Shown here in pieces: positions 57,393 through 64,000 of a DNA stretch of 64,000 nt. A program made the position numbers and the translations under genes. The notes beneath the pieces were generated by a model. That model saw nothing but the letters and a program-made list of their open reading frames with translations. It was not told where the DNA came from and searched no databases. Each line of letters opens with the position of its first letter. Positions within the stretch are counted from its first letter, which is position 1. The DNA is from Candidatus Latescibacterota bacterium (GTDB lineage Bacteria; Latescibacterota; UBA2968; UBA8231), in the NCBI GenBank assembly GCA_965203175.1, contig OZ241867.1:608001-672000 (forward strand), given 5' to 3'.

Positions 57393-58729
57393 CGCGCCCT
57401 CACTGGCTCGCCGCGCTCGCGCTATGGCTCGTGGCCGCCTGCGCTGACGGCCCCGCCCAAACCCACTACGCCGAGTGCCAACGCCAAGCCGACGCCAAAA
57501 ACTACCTGCCGGCCATCCAAGCCTGTCAGCAGGCCCTCGACACTGAGCCAGAGTACGTGCAAGCGCGGCTGCTGTTGGGGAGGCTGTTGCTCAAACACGG
57601 CCAGCTCGACGTAGCCATCCAGCACTTCGAGTACATCATCCAACGCGACCCGCAGCACCTAGCAGCCTACGAGGCTCTCGGCGACTTGTACGTGCGGCAG
57701 CGGCGCAACGACCAAGCCATCGCCGCGTACCAAACAGCCCTTCAGCACGCGCCCGACCAGCCAGCTTTTTACCGCAAGCTGGCCCTCGTCTATGGCGATC
57801 AAAACCGCTACGCCGATGCCGTTGAGGTACTGCATAAAGCCTTGGAGTTGGAGCCACAACACGTGGCCACCCACTACAACTTGGGGCTAGTCTATCAGCG
57901 GCAAGCTCGCTACGCAGAGGCGCGGACGCAGCTACAGCAGGCCGCCCGGCTAGATCCCACGAACGCGGACGCTCACTACCGGCTAGGGCAGATCGAGGCC
58001 CAATTGGGTCAGTACTCGGCAGCCGAGGTCAGCCTGCGGGCGGCGTTGACTTGCCAAGCCGATCACGCCTTGGCCCTTGCCGCGCTCGGGCATGTCCTGC
58101 TCCAACAAGGGCGTTCGCGCGCAGCCGAAGCCGCGCTAGTGCAAGCCGTAGCGTCCGATCCGTTTGAACCCGAAGCCCTGCACCGGCTGGGAACGCTCTA
58201 TTTGCGGGAGGGGCGGCCCGAAGAAGGGCGCAAGCTGCTGGCGGCGTTTGCGCGCTTGCAGCCAGTGCGCGAACAAATCGAGCACTACCGCTATCTGCTC
58301 ACGCTCTACCCGGAGGACGCAGACGCTTACTATAATTTGGGGGTGCTTTACGGGGGTTTGGGGCACCGCGAAGCTGCGGCTGGCGAGTACCGCCGCGCCT
58401 TGGCCATCAATCCAGCCGACCTCGGAGCGCGCAACAACCTCGCCAACATCCTGCTGAATACCGGGCGAATCAATGCGGCCATCCAGCAATACGAACAGCT
58501 CTTGGCCCAGTACCCGCGCTATGCCCAAGGCTACAATAACTTGGGGGCGGCCTATCTGCGGCTAGGCGATGAGGAAGCGGCAACCCGCATGTTCCAAAAG
58601 GCCCTGTGGGCCGATCCAGAGTACGCGGATGCTCACTACAACTTGAGCATGCTGTACTTCAGGCAGGGACGACAAGCCGAGGGCCAAGCCGCTCTCGATA
58701 AGTATCGCTCTTTAACGAGGAAAAAATAG
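57383..58729 (+). CDS. TPR-repeat lipoprotein
   Basis: Signal ending LVAAC; about 11 TPRs (HYNLG, YNNLG); start TTG 57383 or ATG 57368. Confidence 0.85.
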   Translation: MALARPHWLAALALWLVAACADGPAQTHYAECQRQADAKNYLPAIQACQQALDTEPEYVQARLLLGRLLLKHGQLDVAIQHFEYIIQRDPQHLAAYEALGDLYVRQRRNDQAIAAYQTALQHAPDQPAFYRKLALVYGDQNRYADAVEVLHKALELEPQHVATHYNLGLVYQRQARYAEARTQLQQAARLDPTNADAHYRLGQIEAQLGQYSAAEVSLRAALTCQADHALALAALGHVLLQQGRSRAAEAALVQAVASDPFEPEALHRLGTLYLREGRPEEGRKLLAAFARLQPVREQIEHYRYLLTLYPEDADAYYNLGVLYGGLGHREAAAGEYRRALAINPADLGARNNLANILLNTGRINAAIQQYEQLLAQYPRYAQGYNNLGAAYLRLGDEEAATRMFQKALWADPEYADAHYNLSMLYFRQGRQAEGQAALDKYRSLTRKK

Positions 58730-58730
58730 A

Positions 58731-59498
58731 CTACTGCTCGGCCGGGCGCGGTTTGCGGGCCTTATAGACCTCTCGATCAAACGAATAGGCGATGTTCACG
58801 GTTTCCATGGGTTCGTCGCGGAAGTCGAAGCGCAGGGCCAACTCTTCGATCTCCACCACAAAGGAGGACACGTCTCTGTGCAAGGGCGGAAACACGATGA
58901 GGCCAATGGATTCCTGGCCGCTGAAGACGAACTCGTCGGTCTTGTACATGGTCTCCTGGAGGATGTCCTTCCGCTCTTCGGTCTTCAAATAGACGTTGCC
59001 GCCATAACCGACGGCATAGGGCCAATAGTACTCGACCATGGCGGCCAAGCTCAGCGCCTGATATTGGCGGCCATTGGCGGCCGTCAGCGAGATTTTCTCT
59101 GGGTTCAACCACACCTTGGGGAATTCGTAGTTTTTCACCTTTAAACTGAAGACCGTAAAGCGGGAGGGAGTCCACGACTGCTCCGGTGGATTCCAGTCCG
59201 AATACGTATAGGGGTTGAGCTCCATTTCGTATGGATTGAGATAAAAACTCGACTTATCCGGGCTGTGGGCGGCGAGCTGTCGGTTGAGGATTTCGTCGGT
59301 CAGAGGGCGCAGATTGACCTCTAGCCGGCCCTGGGTATAGGTAATACTGCGGTCGTCGCCAATCGACAACTCGGCGCTTTGCTGCTCGGTGACCGGTTGG
59401 ATGGGGCCGGCAAAATGCCGCATCCCGAGCCGGTGGCCGCAGCTAAGGAGGGATAGCGCGATGGCCGTTAAGACGAGGGTATAACCCGTTCTTTTCAT
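58731..59498 (-). CDS. Uncharacterised lipoprotein (beta-sandwich, DUF4352-like)
   Basis: MKR..LLSC lipobox; FTVFSLKVKNY..PKV.LNP..ISL...GRQY; GLIVFPPL. Confidence 0.75.
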   Translation of the reverse strand: MKRTGYTLVLTAIALSLLSCGHRLGMRHFAGPIQPVTEQQSAELSIGDDRSITYTQGRLEVNLRPLTDEILNRQLAAHSPDKSSFYLNPYEMELNPYTYSDWNPPEQSWTPSRFTVFSLKVKNYEFPKVWLNPEKISLTAANGRQYQALSLAAMVEYYWPYAVGYGGNVYLKTEERKDILQETMYKTDEFVFSGQESIGLIVFPPLHRDVSSFVVEIEELALRFDFRDEPMETVNIAYSFDREVYKARKPRPAEQ

Positions 59499-59511
59499 AA
59501 CACTGCTCCTA

Positions 59512-61179
59512 TCACAACTCCAGATCCACAATATGCTCCTCAAACACCTCCACCTGCGCCGCGTATTGCTCCCGCAGCCTGACGATCAATTCCTCGAAGT
59601 ACTTGTTCTCCTCGGACTTTCGCAGCCAGTACTTGGCCCGTCGCACCGTCTGTGGAAACGGCTCGGGCCGGTCGGGGATGCGCTCCTCGACCTTAAATAT
59701 GGAAAAGCCTTCCTCTAGCGCTAATGGCCCTTGCAGCTCGCCAACCGGGGCCTTTTCCATCGCCTCGTCGTGCAGCGGGCCGAATAGGGCCCGCTCGTAC
59801 GCATGCAGGTGAATTCGCCCCTGTTGCTGTTTGGCAAACTGTCGCGTCGTGTGGCGCACGGCGAGCGTCTCCATATCCGCCCCGCCTTCAATTTCCTTCA
59901 GCAGCGAATCGGCCATGGCATGGGTGGGCACCAGAATCTCCAAAATCACGGTCGCGCGCGGCTCCATGAACTTGTGCAGGTTGTTCTCGTAATAGCGGCG
60001 CGCCGAAGCGTCGGTAGTATCGATGAGGGCCTGAACTTCGCGCTCTTTGAGCGCTTCGAGTAGCAGGGCCTCTCTCTTGTTGTGCAACCAAGCCACGACC
60101 GCCGGCTCCTTGTCCAAGCCCTCCTCAAGAGCTTCGAGGTAAAACAGCCGAAGCGACAGGATGTGCGTATCAATGAACTCGGCAATGCCCTCGCGATTGA
60201 ATTCGAGCCGGTACTGGAAGCGGGTCTGCCAATGCGCATTCATCAAGTCCTCAATGGTGAAGTGCCCGCGGTCGTAGCGGCCCAGAATCCGCTCTCGATC
60301 TGCCGGCGTAATTTCCCACAAGGCATTGCTGCCCTTGGTGCCCTCGGCAATGAGGAACGCGACCGCGGCCGTATCCACCTCAACCTCGTACTTGGGCTTA
60401 AGTCCGGCCACCCGCTCCTGCTGGGCGCGATCGTAATTCTGCCGAAAGAGCCACTGGGCGAATACTTGGAGGTAGTAGTCGGGCGCAGGGGCTTCGTCCA
60501 GCACCTTGAAAATCTCGTACGCGCCCCGCAGTTGAAAGGGCTGGCTGACCTCGCCCTCTGGCACCTCGAACAAGACGTGGGCGATGGACAACGGGAGTTG
60601 CAGGTCCCGCAAGTTCTCTCGGCCGATGAAGTGATCGCTCAGGAGGCCTCCATTGGCCGCCGAGACCCGATTCGCCGAGCGTTCCGCAGCCACTTCTGCG
60701 AAGGGATGTCCCCGCTCCAATTCCGCGACGACTTGTTGAGCTTGCTCTTCGGTTTCCAGCCGAATGTGCGCCAGCTTGAGCAGGCGGCTCCACTTGCTCT
60801 TGGCGAATTGCTCCCGGACTTCCTGCTCCGAGGGCTGGCTCTCGGGCAGCACGTGTCGCTCTAGGTACTCTTTGACGATCCTGTTCTGCTGCTCCTGCTC
60901 CCATTGCGCGGTGAATTGCGCCTCCTTATCCAAGCCTTTGGCGCGGGCCTCCACGAGCATCAATTCCATGTCGATTAGGGTCTGGAGATAATCCTTGGCC
61001 GCGTCAATGCCAGCAGCTTCCGATCTCAGCAGGGCCGGGGTCTCTGCGGCAAAAAGGGTTAGGTCCTCGCGGGTAATTTCCTTGTCGCCCACTCGGGCGG
61101 CTACATTGTCGGCAACATCGCCAGGACTGCCGCACTGAATCAAGGCGAGCGCGGCGAGGATCGAGATACTTCTGAGCAT
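59512..61179 (-). CDS. Double-parvulin peptidyl-prolyl isomerase lipoprotein (SurA/PrsA-like foldase)
   Basis: Signal peptide with Cys (LIQC), VAARVG.KEIT, AHI..FAEVAAERS..NGG..GEVSQP; second domain EILV..LAVRHT..GELQGP..GFSIFKV. Confidence 0.88.
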   Translation of the reverse strand: MLRSISILAALALIQCGSPGDVADNVAARVGDKEITREDLTLFAAETPALLRSEAAGIDAAKDYLQTLIDMELMLVEARAKGLDKEAQFTAQWEQEQQNRIVKEYLERHVLPESQPSEQEVREQFAKSKWSRLLKLAHIRLETEEQAQQVVAELERGHPFAEVAAERSANRVSAANGGLLSDHFIGRENLRDLQLPLSIAHVLFEVPEGEVSQPFQLRGAYEIFKVLDEAPAPDYYLQVFAQWLFRQNYDRAQQERVAGLKPKYEVEVDTAAVAFLIAEGTKGSNALWEITPADRERILGRYDRGHFTIEDLMNAHWQTRFQYRLEFNREGIAEFIDTHILSLRLFYLEALEEGLDKEPAVVAWLHNKREALLLEALKEREVQALIDTTDASARRYYENNLHKFMEPRATVILEILVPTHAMADSLLKEIEGGADMETLAVRHTTRQFAKQQQGRIHLHAYERALFGPLHDEAMEKAPVGELQGPLALEEGFSIFKVEERIPDRPEPFPQTVRRAKYWLRKSEENKYFEELIVRLREQYAAQVEVFEEHIVDLEL

Positions 61180-63851
61180 TAGAGATCTCCAGTAGCGGCA
61201 AATAGGCGGACAAAGGCCACGGTCTCTGTTATGTTGAGATCGCCTTTGTCAAAGTTTTTTTGTTCGCGTTGAAACCCGGCGTTCAGGGTGAGCTTGTAGC
61301 CTATGTACGCCGAGGTGTTGGAAAATACGAAAGCAAAGACAAAGCTGTTGAAATCGTCTTCCTCGCCCGAACGCAAGTTCTGCTGATCTTTCAGGTTGTC
61401 GAAATTGCTGAACTCCAGCCCAATATCGACCCAAGTCTGCGGCAGGAAATTGTAGCGGGTGACCAAAAAGAGAATCTCCTCGCGATCGCGGGAAATGCTC
61501 AGTTCCTTGGGCACAGCTCGGGTGGAGGGCAACTGACGCCGGTAGATGCTCTTGAACTTGGGCCATAGGGTCAGGGTGGCAAAGGGCTTGATTTCGTAAT
61601 CGGCCTTGTTGATCAAGCCGAAAAAGGAGCGGTCGCGCTTGCGCTCGGCCTCCTCGCCTTGCTGAAAGAACTTTTCAAACTTCAGCTTGGACGTCATGTG
61701 GAGATCGGCCAGCAGCGTGTACTTGGCGTGGGTGTAGAAGCTGTTGATGAACGTGTCTTGGGCATCGAGCGGGTCGTTGAAGGGTCGCTGGCCCTCGGGG
61801 TCCTCCCAGATAAGGCGATCTTCGCGGATGGCGTCTTGGGTGCGGCGGGCCAGTTCAAAAACGGCGATTTGCAGGTTGGGGAAATCCCACTCCGCGGTCA
61901 ACAGCCCGTAGCTGGTGTGGTTCCGGTTGCCGCTGCTGATCTCGCGCTGGCTCAGTTGGCCCAAGACCAAGTTGATGTCCTCGCTAAGGGCCAGGCCAGC
62001 GTAGGCGTTGTACCCAGTGCGGTCGCGCTCATACGGCAAGTCGGCCACCAAGTCGTCCTCGTAGCGGTCGATGATGGTGTTGTTGTTCATGTCCATGCCG
62101 AAGAGAAATTCGGGCGCATCAACCGCATAGCGCAGGAAGGGTTCGGCGTAGTCGGGTTTGCTGTTCTGGTTCTGGTTGAAGTCCGAGATGAAGTCGTTGT
62201 TTTCGTCGAGGCCGGGAAAGACTTGGCGATCCCCTCCAGAGCCTGTGCCCAATTCCTCGGTCAGCGTTACAGTGACGCCTTGGGATTGGCGAATCCAATC
62301 TGGGTTTATGTCTTGGTCGTCGTTGTCATCGACGAACTCAAACAAATGCCGAGAGGCGTTGCCGTAGTCGATGTTGCCGCCGGCGTCGGACATGAAGGCC
62401 GTGGTGCTGTAATCGGGGTCCAAGTAGAACGATTCGCCGTACGCAAAAAACGGATACAGCGAATAGGACGAAGTCAGGTAAAAGGCCTGGGCGGTTTTCC
62501 GCGTGGGGGGCAGCTTGCGGAACCTGCCATCTATTATGCGCTGGAAGTTCTGGTTGGGGAACCGCTGAAAGCGCCGGTTGACCACGTACTCGCTTCTCAG
62601 ATCAAAGCCCTTGAAACTCTTGATATTGAAGTCGAGGCCGATCAGTTCCGTGGCCGTGGGTAGGCCGTACTCGAAGCGGAGGAAGCGCTGGTTCGACCCA
62701 TCGGTGATGTTGTGCTCGGCCTGAAAGACTGGCAAAAAGACCTCGTTGCCGAGCCGGTCGAGCTGTTTGTTGGAGCTGACTTCCACCCGGTAGTCATTGG
62801 CCATAATCAGCTCGAATTCCATCTTCTGGACATCCTTGAAGCTGGGGGTCGCTTCGGTGGGCTGGAAGTCGTTGCGGATGTCGTAGGTCAGCAAGATGGC
62901 GTCTGTGCCCTTGGCCTTGAGCACGCCTTCTTCCCGAATGCCTCCCTCCACCAGCGGCACGATGCCCTCCTGCACTTGGCCGTCAATCAGGATTCTCTCC
63001 AAGAACAGAACCGCCCCTTCGTCCGGCGAATCGGGCGAGTCGTCGGAGATGCGGATGATGACCTCTTCCACATTGCCCAAGTTTTGCGGCCGCGTCAGCA
63101 CGCCCTTGAGCGAATTCTGGCCCAAGTTGAACTCGCTATCCGCGTGATGGGCATTCACCCAAGTAAAGCCGACCTCGCCAAAATCGCCCACCTGCGCCAA
63201 TCCCCGGCCGCCCAACAGCCGCGTGGAACTCACCGCGGTATTGCCAGTGGAGCTCTGGGTTATCGCACCAAAGCCAGGCGAGCTGACCCGCGACGCGATC
63301 AAGGTCGCCGCGTACTTGTCGGACAGGAAGTCCCACTGCAAACCGTTAAAAGAGGGCTTGGAAAACGTCAGAGGCGTCAGAGTAGTGCGGATGGCGTCGC
63401 CCACCGTAAGCGTCGAGTGGAACTGGCCCTTGCTGGCCGAGGAGATGACCAAGCTGCTGAAAAAGCGGCCAAAGCGCGGACTTTTGAAAATCTCGCTGCC
63501 AAAGGACTGCGGGTTGTTTTCGGTCCAATCGTAGATCCGCCACCCGCGGGCGATATAGTTGCCCAAGGGGTCGTATTGGCGCGTGCCTTCGAGTAGGATG
63601 CTCACGTAGCGCTGGTAGTGTTCGCGGGCATAGTTGCTGTACTCCCAGCCGCGCCAGCGGTACTCGTAGTAAAGCTGTTGTGGCAGATACCACTTCCTCA
63701 GCGTGGGAGCCAGCGCACCCGGGTGGATGCGGGTACCATGTACCCCGGGTTCGGATATTTCCCTGAAGGCTTTGGGCGGCTGGGCCATCACAGCGGAAAC
63801 GCCTAAGATCGCGCTCAACAAGATGAGTGTAGCCCATCTCCTGTTGTACAT
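61179..63851 (-). CDS. Large secreted hypothetical protein (~890 aa), predicted outer-membrane beta-barrel with Ca-binding-type loops
   Basis: GGAGG RBS, signal peptide ending VMA, amphipathic beta-strands through the C-terminal third, DDNDDQD / DENND / DMNNN loops. Confidence 0.7.
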   Translation of the reverse strand: MYNRRWATLILLSAILGVSAVMAQPPKAFREISEPGVHGTRIHPGALAPTLRKWYLPQQLYYEYRWRGWEYSNYAREHYQRYVSILLEGTRQYDPLGNYIARGWRIYDWTENNPQSFGSEIFKSPRFGRFFSSLVISSASKGQFHSTLTVGDAIRTTLTPLTFSKPSFNGLQWDFLSDKYAATLIASRVSSPGFGAITQSSTGNTAVSSTRLLGGRGLAQVGDFGEVGFTWVNAHHADSEFNLGQNSLKGVLTRPQNLGNVEEVIIRISDDSPDSPDEGAVLFLERILIDGQVQEGIVPLVEGGIREEGVLKAKGTDAILLTYDIRNDFQPTEATPSFKDVQKMEFELIMANDYRVEVSSNKQLDRLGNEVFLPVFQAEHNITDGSNQRFLRFEYGLPTATELIGLDFNIKSFKGFDLRSEYVVNRRFQRFPNQNFQRIIDGRFRKLPPTRKTAQAFYLTSSYSLYPFFAYGESFYLDPDYSTTAFMSDAGGNIDYGNASRHLFEFVDDNDDQDINPDWIRQSQGVTVTLTEELGTGSGGDRQVFPGLDENNDFISDFNQNQNSKPDYAEPFLRYAVDAPEFLFGMDMNNNTIIDRYEDDLVADLPYERDRTGYNAYAGLALSEDINLVLGQLSQREISSGNRNHTSYGLLTAEWDFPNLQIAVFELARRTQDAIREDRLIWEDPEGQRPFNDPLDAQDTFINSFYTHAKYTLLADLHMTSKLKFEKFFQQGEEAERKRDRSFFGLINKADYEIKPFATLTLWPKFKSIYRRQLPSTRAVPKELSISRDREEILFLVTRYNFLPQTWVDIGLEFSNFDNLKDQQNLRSGEEDDFNSFVFAFVFSNTSAYIGYKLTLNAGFQREQKNFDKGDLNITETVAFVRLFAATGDL

Positions 63852-63873
63852 AGTGCCTCCTGAATTCTGGAAC

Positions 63874-63999
63874 TTAATAGGCGAGGCCAATGGTCCGGCT
63901 GATTTGTTGTTCTCCGAGTTGAGTCTTGAGGAGAATGTGGCACACGTATAGGCCGGGTGGGCTCAGGCGGTTTGCATCGTCGCGGCCCGACCAAGTGAA
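63874..63999 (-). CDS. C-terminal end of a protein with an FlgD-Ig-like C-terminal domain (truncated by the window edge; absent from the ORF track)
   Basis: Minus frame reads FTWSGRDDANRLSPPGLYVCHILLKTQLGEQQISRTIGLAY*; W.GRD....PPG.Y is the FlgD_ig signature; stop lies 22 nt before the next ATG. Confidence 0.75.
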   Translation of the reverse strand, partial: FTWSGRDDANRLSPPGLYVCHILLKTQLGEQQISRTIGLAY

Positions 64000-64000
64000 C

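Noticed and set aside
61659-63596. Long plus-strand ORFs (334 and 294 aa)
   Set aside because: Antisense shadows of the 890-aa gene, which has an RBS, signal peptide and operon coupling.

Overview
GC-rich bacterial chromosome segment, densely coding, with no rRNA, CRISPR array, intact IS or integrase seen. 3.7-24 kb is mostly housekeeping: aroC, carA, a histone-H1-like/SWIB protein, proC-hisH-hisF-proB-ftsB-recO-glyQS, tRNA-Leu(TAG)-tig-clpP-clpX-engB-serA-purA-prpB-prpC. 24-47 kb is an accessory catabolic patchwork (sulfatases, propeller hydrolases, Gfo/Idh/MocA, amidohydrolase, sugar ABC transporter) with three AT-richer insertions: an NDT-like + AAA_21 ATPase pair, a run of small integron-cassette-type genes including a candidate ADP-ribosyltransferase, and a nucleotidyltransferase pair with an attC-like half site that splits an ABC operon. 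47-64 kb is rich in secreted and lipoprotein genes. The best candidate for an undescribed system is the minus-strand operon at 58.7-64 kb: an FlgD-Ig-CTD protein (its C-terminus is missing from the ORF track), an ~890-aa predicted outer-membrane barrel with Ca-binding-type loops, a double-parvulin lipoprotein foldase and an uncharacterised lipoprotein. Gene content and C-terminal motifs suggest a Latescibacterota/Poribacteria-like organism; this is inference only. All calls come from reading motifs by eye, with no database search.
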